From Gemmatimonadales bacterium (GTDB lineage: Bacteria; Gemmatimonadota; Gemmatimonadetes; Gemmatimonadales; GWC2-71-9), in the NCBI GenBank assembly GCA_035692845.1, contig DASSHL010000151.1:30034-94033 (forward strand): a stretch of 64,000 bases of DNA. The letters are read 5' to 3'. The translations under genes were made by a program, and so were the position numbers. This document shows positions 1 through 8,295 of this stretch, piece by piece. Under the pieces are notes generated by a model, which saw only the letters and a list, made by a program, of their open reading frames with translations, was not told the DNA's origin and did no database searches. Positions within the stretch are counted from its first letter, which is position 1. Each line of letters starts with the position of its first letter.

Positions 1-2
1 AC

Positions 3-731
3 TACAGCCAGATCGAGCTGCGGATCCTGGCCCACTACACCAAGGACCCGCTGCTCATCGCGGCCTACAACGACGGCCTTGACCTCCACACCATGACCGC
101 CCGCCGGGCATACCACATCCCCGAGGACGAGGAGCCTTCCGGCGAACAACGTGCAAGAGCGAAGAACTGCAACTTCTCGATGGCCTACGGCGCCATGGCC
201 CAGACGCTGGTCGAGCGCTACGGCGTGCCCAACGAGACGGAGGCCCAGGCGCTCATCGACGCCTTCTTCGGCACGTACAAGCGGGTGGACCCCTGGCGCC
301 GCGCCGTCGTGCGCCGCTGCAAGGCAACCCGCATCCGCAAGGCCGAGGCGGCGGCCAAGGGCATCCGCCCCCAGGAGCCATACGTCACGACCATCCTCGG
401 CCGCCGCCGGCACTTGCCCGACATCGACAACCCCTACGACTTCAAGCGCCAGCGCGCCGCCGAGCGCCAGGCCGTGAACACGAAGATCCAGGGGTCGGCC
501 GGCGACATCCTGAAGATCGCCATGGTCGATCTCTACCGCGCCCTGCGTGACACCTCGGCCGTCCTGATGCTGACCGTTCACGACGAGCTGGTGACACAGG
601 TGCCCGAGGACGAGGTCGAGGAGACGGCCAAGATCGTCAAGAGCTGCATGGAGAACGTGAAGCTGCCGGTGCCCCTCCGGGTACCGTTGATCGCCGACGT
701 GAAAATCTGCGACCGCTGGAGCGAGAAATGA
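3..731 (+). CDS. polA: DNA polymerase I (family A), C-terminal portion; 5' end outside window
   Basis: Frame open from base 3: YSQIELRILAH (motif A-like), KNCNFSMAYG, QGSAGDI, TVHDELV (motif C). The ORF track lists only the Met-start part 93..731. Confidence 0.9.
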   Translation, partial: YSQIELRILAHYTKDPLLIAAYNDGLDLHTMTARRAYHIPEDEEPSGEQRARAKNCNFSMAYGAMAQTLVERYGVPNETEAQALIDAFFGTYKRVDPWRRAVVRRCKATRIRKAEAAAKGIRPQEPYVTTILGRRRHLPDIDNPYDFKRQRAAERQAVNTKIQGSAGDILKIAMVDLYRALRDTSAVLMLTVHDELVTQVPEDEVEETAKIVKSCMENVKLPVPLRVPLIADVKICDRWSEK

Positions 732-1147
732 CGGACACCTCTTCGTGGTGGGCCAGGAAGCTTGGCCGGGCGCCGGCAGCTCCTGCAGGCCCTCAGCCTC
801 AGTACCAACCGTCTCACGGCCCTACAGGGCCTCCTGGGGCGGTCATGGCGCCGGCCTGGCCGGCCCAGCAGCCGATGGACGACGGCTCCCCGCCGCCGAC
901 CTGGATCATTGACCCCCAGACGGGCCAGAAGAAGCTCAACACCATGGCCTGGAAGGGCGGCCGGGCGACGAAGACGGAGACGGGTCACTGCCCGAACTGC
1001 GGCAGCTCGAACTTCTTCAGCCGGGCGCAGGGCCACCAGGGGGAGCGCATCGGTGTCGTCAACCAGCACGGCCAGCACTGCGCCCCGGCGCCCCAGTGCG
1101 CCGACTGCTCCTACAACGGCCAGTTCGTGATTTTCGGAGGTGATTGA
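728..1147 (+). CDS. hypothetical protein, Pro-rich N-term, zinc-ribbon-like C-term
   Basis: ATGA overlap with polA stop; CPNCGS...CADCS Cys pairs; high third-position GC. Confidence 0.6.
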   Translation: MTDTSSWWARKLGRAPAAPAGPQPQYQPSHGPTGPPGAVMAPAWPAQQPMDDGSPPPTWIIDPQTGQKKLNTMAWKGGRATKTETGHCPNCGSSNFFSRAQGHQGERIGVVNQHGQHCAPAPQCADCSYNGQFVIFGGD

Positions 1148-1329
1148 TGCCCTGGACTCAGGACGACGTTCCCCACAAGACCAAGAAGGCCAAGACCGCC
1201 AACCAGAAGCGCCAATGGCTGCACGTCGCTAACGGCGCTCTCAAGGACGGTGACAGCGAAGGTGTGGCGATCCGCAAAGCCAACGGCGTGCTGAAGGACC
1301 CCAAGACCCGCGCAGCCAAGAAGAAGTAG
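1144..1329 (+). CDS. small basic protein, possibly ChaB-like
   Basis: MPWTQDDVP...QWLHVANGAL...EGVAIRKANGVLK resembles the ChaB pattern (MPY..dLP...W..fN.A...E..A...AW.AVK); start-stop overlap with upstream gene. Confidence 0.5.
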   Translation: MMPWTQDDVPHKTKKAKTANQKRQWLHVANGALKDGDSEGVAIRKANGVLKDPKTRAAKKK

Positions 1330-1338
1330 GAGGACTCG

Positions 1339-1521
1339 GTGGAGAAGCTGCGGACAATGCCGGCGACGGTGTGGGCGGTCCCGCTCCTGTTTTTCTTATT
1401 CGCTGGTTGCGGGGATAACGGCGACAACGACACGATCTTCACCGGCTTCTCGGGCGTGGTGCTGATCATCATCGCCATCCTCGTCGTTCGTCATTTTGTG
1501 AAGAAGAACCGTGGCGACTGA
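1339..1521 (+). CDS. small membrane / lipoprotein-like protein
   Basis: GTG start; LFAGC lipobox-like motif followed by TM helix GVVLIIIAILVV. Confidence 0.45.
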   Translation: MEKLRTMPATVWAVPLLFFLFAGCGDNGDNDTIFTGFSGVVLIIIAILVVRHFVKKNRGD

Positions 1522-1732
1522 GAAAAAGCCGGCAGCGAAGAAGGCCGCCGCCCAGCCAGCCAAGGAGTACCTCCACGTCGTGATGGCGATGCACCCGTTG
1601 CACCAGAAGCCGGTGCCCGTCGCCACCTACGAGGACGAGGCCGCAGCCTGGCAAGCAGCGGCGACCGGCAATTCCAACCCCAAGACGCAGCACCTCGGGT
1701 ACCACGTCAAGAAGGTGGCGAAGGGTGGATAG
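1511..1732 (+). CDS. hypothetical protein
   Basis: Lys/Ala-rich N-term; overlaps neighbours by a few nt; high GC3. Confidence 0.45.
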   Translation: MATEKKPAAKKAAAQPAKEYLHVVMAMHPLHQKPVPVATYEDEAAAWQAAATGNSNPKTQHLGYHVKKVAKGG

Positions 1733-2777
1733 CCAAATTGCCGCCCTGATTGCCAAGGTCAACAAGAAGCTCGGCGAGGGCACGCTCATCCTCGGCTCGG
1801 AAATGTCGAGCGAGATCCGGCCGCGTTGCACCTCGGGCAGCCTGAGCCTCGACATCGCCCTGGGCGGCGGGTGGCCGCTCAACCAGTGGTGCGAGATCAT
1901 CGGCTACGAGTCGAGCGGGAAGACGGCGCTGGCGCTCAAGACCATCGCCGCCAACCAGGCCCGCGACCCGAAGTGGACGGCGCTGTGGTTTGACGCCGAG
2001 CGGAGCTGGGACCGGGAGTGGGTGCAGACCCTCGGCGTGGACGACAGCCGGGTCATCGTGATGACCGACAACGGGATGGAGACGGTCTACCAGACCTGCA
2101 TCGAATTCCTGTCCACCCGCAAGGTCGACTGCGTGGTGGTCGACTCGCTGCCGGCGCTCGTCCCCGAGCGCGAGGACGACAACGACATCGGCCAGCTCGC
2201 TCCGGGCCTGGGAGCCATTTTGAGCGGGCAGTTCTTCCGCAAGCAGCAGCCGGCCATGAAGCGCTCAATGGTGAAGGCCGAGCGGCCGGTGCTCGGGCTG
2301 ATGATCAACCAGTGGCGGGAGAAGATTGGGGTCATGTACGGCGACCCCCGCACCACGCCGGGCGGGCGGGGCAAGAATTTCTTCTTCGTCGTGCGGCTGG
2401 AGGTCAAGCGCGACGAGTGGATCGAGGATGGCGATTTCCGGGTCGGCCAGACGATCAAGGCCCACTGCATCAAGAACAAGACGGCGCCGCCGCAGCGCAC
2501 GGCGGTGTTCGACTTCTATTTCACCGACGCCGGGGGCTTCAGTGCCGGCGGGTACGACCGGCCGAAGGAGATCGTGGCCGTTGGCCTGATGCACAAGCTC
2601 ATCAGTCGCTCGGGGGCCTACTACGCCTTCGGCGGCGAGAAGTACCAGGGCAAGCAGGCGCTGCTCGACGCCCTGCGGGAACAGCCCGACCTGCTCGGCG
2701 AGCTGGAGGCCGAGATCATGTCGACGCTCTACCCGCGCCAGCGCTCCGGGGTTAGCAAGCGGCGCATGAAGCGATGA
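1725..2777 (+). CDS. recA: RecA-like recombinase
   Basis: GTG start; TSGSLSLDIALGGGWP, Walker A GYESSGKTALAL, VVVDSLPALVP (Walker B-like), RecA-like length of 350 aa. Confidence 0.85.
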   Translation: MDSQIAALIAKVNKKLGEGTLILGSEMSSEIRPRCTSGSLSLDIALGGGWPLNQWCEIIGYESSGKTALALKTIAANQARDPKWTALWFDAERSWDREWVQTLGVDDSRVIVMTDNGMETVYQTCIEFLSTRKVDCVVVDSLPALVPEREDDNDIGQLAPGLGAILSGQFFRKQQPAMKRSMVKAERPVLGLMINQWREKIGVMYGDPRTTPGGRGKNFFFVVRLEVKRDEWIEDGDFRVGQTIKAHCIKNKTAPPQRTAVFDFYFTDAGGFSAGGYDRPKEIVAVGLMHKLISRSGAYYAFGGEKYQGKQALLDALREQPDLLGELEAEIMSTLYPRQRSGVSKRRMKR

Positions 2778-3103
2778 AGAAGAGCGGGTGGCGCCGGCAG
2801 GAGGAACGCACAGCTCGACTGTATGGTGGCCGGCGCCAGCCCGGCTCGGGTGCCCACTGGTCGAGGAAGGGCGATGTTGTTACCCCCGAGCTGCTGATCG
2901 AAAACAAATGGCGGGGGAACAACCAGATCACGTTGAAAGGCGTTGACCTGGCGAAGAACTGCGACGAGGCTACGGCAGAAGGCAAGATTCCAGCGTTCGC
3001 AATCGAGCTGGCTGATCGGCGCTACGTCCTGTTTACCGAAGAAGACGTGCTGGAGCATTTCGTTGATCGATTGGGAGCGCCCAGGGTGGCAGGCCAGGAG
3101 TAA
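2774..3103 (+). CDS. PD-(D/E)XK-type nuclease (Holliday-junction-resolvase-like)
   Basis: GSGAHWSRKGDVV...LIENKW pattern (GSG..KGD...E.K) typical of small restriction-fold resolvases; ATGA overlap with recA-like stop. Confidence 0.5.
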   Translation: MKKSGWRRQEERTARLYGGRRQPGSGAHWSRKGDVVTPELLIENKWRGNNQITLKGVDLAKNCDEATAEGKIPAFAIELADRRYVLFTEEDVLEHFVDRLGAPRVAGQE

Positions 3104-4400
3104 GTGCGGAGGGTCACGCCCCGCGCTCTTCTACCCCGAGAAGGGCGAGGGTGAAGACGCCACAGCGGTGGCCCAGGCGGCCAAGTCGGTGTGCAACGGA
3201 TTGGACGGGCAGCCGGCGTGCCCGGTCAAGCAGGAGTGCCTGGAGTTTGCGCTCCAGCACCATGAGAAATTCGGCGTGTGGGGCGGGAGAACTGAGCGGG
3301 AGCGAAATTCGCTCAAGCGGATGCGGAAGAAGGTGAACGGCGTGGGCCGTGTCGTCCGGCAGGTGAAGAAGTCGCCGCTGCGACAGATCCTCGACACCTC
3401 CAAGACCGAGACACGCATCCTCGGCGCCATTCAGCGCCACATCATGATCCGCCCACCTGATGACCGCCGCCAGGACGTGATCCATCCCTCGGAGATGTGC
3501 AAGTCCGACTGGTGCCCGCGCTCGACCTTCTTCCGGCTCGTCGGGGCGCCGGCCATCGAGGACACTGACGCCAACCCCTTCACCCTGGAGAACGTCTGGG
3601 CCGAGGGCCACGATATTCACGACAAATGGCAGACCTGGCTGTGGGAGATGGGCCTGCTCCGCGGTCATTGGCGCTGCAACGCCTGCAAGACCGAGTGGGA
3701 CGCCACGGCGCCGAAGAGCTGCCCACTGTGCAAGGCCGACGTGAGCTGTCTCGAATACCGGGAGGTGCCGCTGACCGGTGAGAAGTACCTCATCGGCGGC
3801 CACGCCGACGGCGACATTGCTGACGACGATGTCGAGGAGCTGTGCCCGCTGATCGAGATCAAAAGCATCGGTATGGGCACGATCCGCTACGACGCTCCGC
3901 ACCTGCTCTCGAAGTACACCCGCAAGGTCAAGAACGACGATGGCTCCGAGCGCTCGGTGTTCGACATGGAGGCGCTCTGGCGTGACCTGAAGCGCCCCTT
4001 CGCCAGTCACGTCAAGCAGGGCATGCTCTACCTCGCCATCTCGGGCCGGCGGGAGATCATCTTCATCTACGAGAACAAATTCAATCAGCAGGTGAAGGAA
4101 TTCCGGGTCCGGTACCAGGAGACGCTGGTGGCCGACCTGCTCGACGCCTGCCTGGACATCAAGTACGCCCTGAAGAGCAACACGCCGCCGCGTCGGCCGC
4201 ACTGGGCCGCCATCGAGAACACCACTTGTGCCAAGTGCGTCTACAGGGAGAACTGCTGGGACGCCGCATTGGAGAATGATGACGAAGAACCTGGCTCTCG
4301 AAATGGCCGAGAAAGCAGCAACGGCCAAGGCCCAGCTCGAACGCGGCGGGTTGTCATTGCCGGCTCGTCCGGCCTTCGAAATACCAAGGCTTCCGCTTAA
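3063..4400 (+). CDS. WhiB-like domain fused to Cas4/RecB-type PD-(D/E)XK exonuclease with Cys cluster
   Basis: N-term C...VCNGLDGQPACPVKQECLEFAL..FGVWGG.TERER is a WhiB signature. C-term HADGD...IEIKS...KQGMLY nuclease motifs plus N-terminal CKSDWC and C-terminal CAKCVYRENC resemble the Cas4 Fe-S Cys set. Start uncertain: TTG 3063 chosen; the ORF stays open back to TTG 2943. Confidence 0.75.
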   Translation: MIDWERPGWQARSKCGGSRPALFYPEKGEGEDATAVAQAAKSVCNGLDGQPACPVKQECLEFALQHHEKFGVWGGRTERERNSLKRMRKKVNGVGRVVRQVKKSPLRQILDTSKTETRILGAIQRHIMIRPPDDRRQDVIHPSEMCKSDWCPRSTFFRLVGAPAIEDTDANPFTLENVWAEGHDIHDKWQTWLWEMGLLRGHWRCNACKTEWDATAPKSCPLCKADVSCLEYREVPLTGEKYLIGGHADGDIADDDVEELCPLIEIKSIGMGTIRYDAPHLLSKYTRKVKNDDGSERSVFDMEALWRDLKRPFASHVKQGMLYLAISGRREIIFIYENKFNQQVKEFRVRYQETLVADLLDACLDIKYALKSNTPPRRPHWAAIENTTCAKCVYRENCWDAALENDDEEPGSRNGRESSNGQGPARTRRVVIAGSSGLRNTKASA

Positions 4401-4788
4401 GATCACCGATCTCAACGACGACAAGCTCATGGGCCTGTTCGTCGCCCTGACCCGCTGGACCGATCATCTGGCTGGCGCCGTCGCCGAAGCCGAGATCGAT
4501 GAGCGCGCCGCCGAGGCCATCCTCCAGAAGGCCCAGGCGCTCGTCCTGCTGCGGGACTGGGGCGGGGGCCGGGACGAGCGGGTCACAATGGCAAAGGCGC
4601 AGCGGGACATCGATCCCGAGGTCGAGAAGCGCCAAGACCTGTTCGACACGGCCCACGCCAAGCGCAAGATGGTGCAGGTGCTCTACAGCTCGACCGAGCG
4701 CGACGCCGCTGTCGTGAGCCGGGAGTTGACCCGCCGGGTTGGCCGGCGAGAGGACCACGACCGGCGGGTGAGTCGGTGGCAGCCGTAG
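4276..4788 (+). CDS. hypothetical helical protein
   Basis: ATG 4276 preceded by GGAGA; the upstream part of track ORF 4228 overlaps the previous gene. Confidence 0.55.
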   Translation: MMTKNLALEMAEKAATAKAQLERGGLSLPARPAFEIPRLPLKITDLNDDKLMGLFVALTRWTDHLAGAVAEAEIDERAAEAILQKAQALVLLRDWGGGRDERVTMAKAQRDIDPEVEKRQDLFDTAHAKRKMVQVLYSSTERDAAVVSRELTRRVGRREDHDRRVSRWQP

Positions 4789-5276
4789 GCCCGCACCTCT
4801 GCAGCTTCTGCAAGCGGGGCAAGCACCGGGACTGCATCAACGGCATCACGGCCGAGTACCAGTCCTCCTTCACCTGTGTCTGCGCCCGGTGTCACCCCGA
4901 CCCCCAGCTCGACGCCTACCAGGCGGCCGAGAACAAGCGGTTGGGGATGGAGCGCTCCACCATCGCTACGCCGTTCTGGTACCGCCGGGCGCTCTGGGAT
5001 GCGCTCGTTGTCGTGCTGTGCGAGATGACCGAGGTCTGCGGGGACCGGGTCTGGGATCAGCTCGGCACCGACTTCCCCCGCCAGCTCCCCCAGGCGCCGC
5101 GGGCGGCGGCCGTGCTCGGGCCGGTGATGCAGAACGCCTGCCGGGCCGGCCTCATGGTCAAGATCGGCATGACCATCAGCGAGCTGGTGACCCGGCACAT
5201 GCCTGACATCTACCTCTACGAGAGCAAGATCGTCGGCCACGACCCGGTCGACTATCCGTACCGGGGGAAGCGGTGA
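4776..5276 (+). CDS. hypothetical protein, Cys-rich N-terminus
   Basis: GTG start; CSFCKRGKHRDC...CVCARCHP cluster; high GC3. Confidence 0.55.
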   Translation: MAAVGPHLCSFCKRGKHRDCINGITAEYQSSFTCVCARCHPDPQLDAYQAAENKRLGMERSTIATPFWYRRALWDALVVVLCEMTEVCGDRVWDQLGTDFPRQLPQAPRAAAVLGPVMQNACRAGLMVKIGMTISELVTRHMPDIYLYESKIVGHDPVDYPYRGKR

Positions 5277-5626
5277 ACTGCTACATCGAGCACGTACCCA
5301 TCGTCAACGTTGTCAGGGCGTGGCTCTACGACGACACCCCTGAAGGCACCATCTACATGTGGCCCACCAATGACCAGGGGACGTGGCGACAGGAAATTGT
5401 CCCGCATCACCAGCAGCGACCGGATAGCGTGCGCCCGCTGCTTGAATTGACCGGTCAGATGTGGACGACGTTCATCGAGGCCATGCGCGCCGAGGACGGC
5501 GAGGTGCCGGCGGGTCAGCTCCTGTTCAAGACGCTGGAGCGCGAGCAGAACAGGGTCGACGCCCTGATCCACGCTCTGATCAAGCAGACCGAGCCACAGA
5601 TGTTCATCACGTCGGAGGGGACATGA
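5273..5626 (+). CDS. hypothetical protein
   Basis: GTGA overlap with upstream stop; high GC3. Confidence 0.55.
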   Translation: MNCYIEHVPIVNVVRAWLYDDTPEGTIYMWPTNDQGTWRQEIVPHHQQRPDSVRPLLELTGQMWTTFIEAMRAEDGEVPAGQLLFKTLEREQNRVDALIHALIKQTEPQMFITSEGT

Positions 5627-5886
5627 CAGCTACGTGGTCGCAGAGCAAGGTGTACGACGCCTGGCTGGAGTGCGAGGAGGGCGATGTCTGGGTGCGCTAC
5701 AGCGAGATCAAAGCCATTGAGGTCGCTCCGCGGGCCATGCCGAAGAAGGGCCAGGAGGACGACTACATCGTCATCTTCGTGATGGAGCGCATGCGCTACA
5801 TCTACCGGGCGCTGAAGAGCCGGGACGCCGCTCGGGGAGCTGTGACCGACCTGCTGCGGAACCTCTCCAACGACTGGAATAACTGA
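5623..5886 (+). CDS. hypothetical protein
   Basis: ATGA overlap at 5623 (MTATWSQSKVYDAW...); the upstream part of track ORF 5461 is out-of-frame overlap. Confidence 0.55.
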   Translation: MTATWSQSKVYDAWLECEEGDVWVRYSEIKAIEVAPRAMPKKGQEDDYIVIFVMERMRYIYRALKSRDAARGAVTDLLRNLSNDWNN

Positions 5887-6059
5887 TGGGCCGACCGGTG
5901 AAGGGGCCAGGCTGGCACGACCCCGGCCGACCGAAGAAAATCACAGCGCAGTACGACTCGGTGTGTCCAGAATGCGGGGACGACATCGTGGAGGGCGACA
6001 CCATCTACTGGTCCGAGTACCACGACAAATACGTCTGCGAGCCATGCAGGGGGAGCTGA
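5886..6059 (+). CDS. small zinc-ribbon protein (57 aa, below ORF-track cutoff)
   Basis: My translation: MGRPVKGPGWHDPGRPKKITAQYDSVCPECGDDIVEGDTIYWSEYHDKYVCEPCRGS; CPEC...CEPC; TGATG coupling. Confidence 0.45.
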   Translation: MGRPVKGPGWHDPGRPKKITAQYDSVCPECGDDIVEGDTIYWSEYHDKYVCEPCRGS

Positions 6060-6061
6060 AC

Positions 6062-6517
6062 ATGGACGACGATGGATCTATCAACTGGCGCAACGTCATC
6101 GGCCTGATCGTCGGTGTGCTTGTAGGGCTGGCCGTCATCATCGGCATCATTACCGGTGTCTTCATCTTGAAGAAGAACGTCAGCCGAGGCCAAGCGCTGC
6201 AGGACGCCAAGAACCGGGTCAAGATCAGCACCATCGAGATCCGCAACCAGGCCCAGCGGGTCGAGATCGCCAAGCAGCAGGCCGAAATTCGCTTGCAGGA
6301 CGCCATCGGTGTGCGTGAGGCTCAGGACGAGATCGCCAAGACACTGACACCGCTCTACGTGCAGTTCGAGATGGTCGACGCTCTGAAGGCCATTGCTGCA
6401 AGCGGCAAGAACAACTCGGTGGTGTTCGTGCCGGGCGGCGCCAACGGCATCCCACTCGTCTATGACGCCGCCAATGCCACCAAGGTCGGCCTGCCCAACA
6501 CTGAGGGAGGAAAATGA
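6062..6517 (+). CDS. membrane-anchored coiled-coil protein (weak SPFH/band-7-like C-term)
   Basis: ATG 6062; TM helix IGLIVGVLVGLAVIIGIITGVFIL, then AEIRLQDA...LYVQFEMVDALKAIAASGKNNSVVFVP. Confidence 0.5.
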   Translation: MDDDGSINWRNVIGLIVGVLVGLAVIIGIITGVFILKKNVSRGQALQDAKNRVKISTIEIRNQAQRVEIAKQQAEIRLQDAIGVREAQDEIAKTLTPLYVQFEMVDALKAIAASGKNNSVVFVPGGANGIPLVYDAANATKVGLPNTEGGK

Positions 6518-6864
6518 ACCTGAGCGAGTACGCCGAGCAGATCCACAAGACTGCTGTCGACCACGGCTGGTGGGAGAACGGCGATCGCAACATCGGAGAG
6601 GTGATGATGCTCATCGTCACCGAGGTGGCCGAAGCGTTCGAGCACTACCGGCACGGCCAGGACATCACCGAGGTCTTCTACCTGGACGACAAGCGGGAGG
6701 GCGTGAAGGACAAGCCTGACGGCGTGCCGATCGAGCTGGCCGACATCCTCATCCGGGTGCTTGACTTCGCCCACTACAACGGCATCGACATCGAGCGCGC
6801 CATGCAGATCAAGATGGCCTACAACGACAGCCGGCCCTACAAGCACGGCGGGAAGAAATGCTGA
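6514..6864 (+). CDS. mazG: MazG-like nucleoside triphosphate pyrophosphohydrolase
   Basis: LIVTEVAEAFEHYR and PIELADILIRVLDFA (EExxE/D-type helices), about 116 aa, typical phage MazG. Confidence 0.8.
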   Translation: MNLSEYAEQIHKTAVDHGWWENGDRNIGEVMMLIVTEVAEAFEHYRHGQDITEVFYLDDKREGVKDKPDGVPIELADILIRVLDFAHYNGIDIERAMQIKMAYNDSRPYKHGGKKC

Positions 6865-7460
6865 TAGGCGTGAGCGGCGTTGTTCACGCCGGCAAGGACA
6901 CCATCGCCGGCATCCTGTTGCGGGAGCACGGCTTCAAGCAGAAGGCATTCGGCGCCAAGGTGAAGGAATGTGCTCTGGCTATCGACCCCATCGTCGGGTT
7001 TCATTACGTCGCTGGCGAGCTGCATGAGCCGGTGGACAGGGTGGTGCCCTACCGGTTGTCCGAGCTGATCGAGCGCGTCGGCCCGGAGAAGGCCAAGGAG
7101 AATCCCGAGGTGCGCCGGCTCTACCAGCGCGTCGGCACTGAGATGGGTCGCGACATCATCGACCCCGAACTGTGGATCAAGCTCGCCTTCCGGGGATTGC
7201 GCCCGCAGTCGAACATCGTGATCTCTGACGTGCGCCTCCTCAATGAGGCCCAGGCCATCCATAAGCGGGACGGTTACGTCTGGCGTGTCATCCGGCCGGG
7301 GGCTGGCCTGGAGGGTGAACTGGGCGGGCACCGCAGCGAAACGGAGCTGAACGATGACACCGACGGCCTCTACGACGAGATCATCCACAACGACGGCACC
7401 ATCGAGGATCTCGCGAAGAAGGTTACCGACGCGTACCTCCGAGCGGGCGGCCGCGACTAG
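6858..7460 (+). CDS. deoxynucleoside monophosphate kinase
   Basis: P-loop GVSGVVHAGKDT; ISDVRLLNEAQAIHKRDGYVWRVIRPG resembles phage dNMP kinases. Confidence 0.75.
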   Translation: MLIGVSGVVHAGKDTIAGILLREHGFKQKAFGAKVKECALAIDPIVGFHYVAGELHEPVDRVVPYRLSELIERVGPEKAKENPEVRRLYQRVGTEMGRDIIDPELWIKLAFRGLRPQSNIVISDVRLLNEAQAIHKRDGYVWRVIRPGAGLEGELGGHRSETELNDDTDGLYDEIIHNDGTIEDLAKKVTDAYLRAGGRD

Positions 7461-8046
7461 TGGCTGGTACGTCGGCATTGACCAGTCGCTGACGCATTTC
7501 GCCGCTGCGGCAATTCGTGGTCCTGAGGATGACCACGAAGAGATGCTGAACATGAAGCCCAAGACCAGGGGTGTGCGCCGGCTGTGGGACCTGCGCGACG
7601 GGCTGCAGGACTGGCTGGCGAAGCTCATGGTCGAGGCGCCCATCGAGCACATCGTCATGGAGGGCTACGGCTTCTCCTCGCAGAAGGGCGTGGTGCTCGG
7701 CGAGCTGGGCGGCATGGTGAAGCTGGCGCTCCTCGATGAATTCGGCGTCGAGAACCAGCTCGCCTATCCGTCCATCCCCACCTCGCAGCAGCTCAAGATG
7801 TTCTGTGGCCTGCCCGGTAATGCCCAAAAGAACCTGATGCTCAAGGCGGTATTCAAGAAATGGGGGAAGGACTTCGGCGACGACAATGAGGCAGATGCCT
7901 ACGCCCTCGCCAAGGTGGCATGTAGCCTGAAGCTCGGACCACGCTTCGAATATGAAAAGACCGTCCTGGCGAAAATAAAGGTGCATGCTGAATGGGAACC
8001 ACAGAAATTGTCCCCCCGACGGCCGAGGAGCAGATCCTCCGAGTAA
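7354..8046 (+). CDS. RuvC-like Holliday junction resolvase
   Basis: WYVGIDQS (Asp1), HIVMEGYGF (Glu), DDNEADAYALA (Asp). The only canonical in-frame start is ATG 7354, which overlaps the kinase gene by 107 nt; true start unresolved. Confidence 0.65.
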   Translation: MTPTASTTRSSTTTAPSRISRRRLPTRTSERAAATSGWYVGIDQSLTHFAAAAIRGPEDDHEEMLNMKPKTRGVRRLWDLRDGLQDWLAKLMVEAPIEHIVMEGYGFSSQKGVVLGELGGMVKLALLDEFGVENQLAYPSIPTSQQLKMFCGLPGNAQKNLMLKAVFKKWGKDFGDDNEADAYALAKVACSLKLGPRFEYEKTVLAKIKVHAEWEPQKLSPRRPRSRSSE

Positions 8047-8288
8047 CCAGCTCTGCGAATCCCAAAGAGCTGGCCGCCGTCATCAGCCACGCCATTTACG
8101 ACAACCACAAGCCGACGTTGCGGGCCGTCGGTGCCGGGGCGGTCAACCAGGCCATCAAGGCGTGCGTGATCGCTCGGGGCTACGTGGCGACGAGAGGCAT
8201 CGACCTCGTCGTGCGGCCAGGTTTCGCCACCGTCAACGGGGAGACAGGAGAGATCAGCGCCATCACGCTGCTCGTCATTCCGATGTGA
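7992..8288 (+). CDS. SpoVS-like protein
   Basis: ILRVTSSANPKELAAVISHAI...LRAVGAGAVNQAIKACVIARGYVATRGIDLVVRPGF...ISAITLLV aligns by eye with B. subtilis SpoVS (ILKVSAKSSPNSVAGALAGVL..IQAIGAGALNQAVKAVAIARGFVAPSGVDLICIPAF). Confidence 0.75.
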   Translation: MGTTEIVPPTAEEQILRVTSSANPKELAAVISHAIYDNHKPTLRAVGAGAVNQAIKACVIARGYVATRGIDLVVRPGFATVNGETGEISAITLLVIPM

Positions 8289-8295
8289 AAGGCTG

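Noticed and set aside
2943-3062. Upstream TTG 2943 as the start of the WhiB-Cas4 ORF.
   Set aside because: It would overlap the preceding nuclease gene by 161 nt and add non-WhiB sequence. TTG 3063 is the closest start upstream of the first WhiB cysteine, but the start is still uncertain.
3114-4430. Long antisense ORFs opposite real genes: 3114..4430(-), 9567..10622(-), 16886..18385(-), 27638..29404(-), 37559..39115(-), 49835..51043(-), 61963..63843(-), 44846..45754(+), 45588..47093(+), 52839..53603(-) and many shorter ones.
   Set aside because: These are typical high-GC shadow ORFs. Their translations are Arg/Ala/Gly/Pro/His-rich with no motifs. Third-position GC is lower than in the opposite-strand frame, which carries recognisable domains (Cas4, Ro60, SNF2, portal, GHKL ATPase and others).
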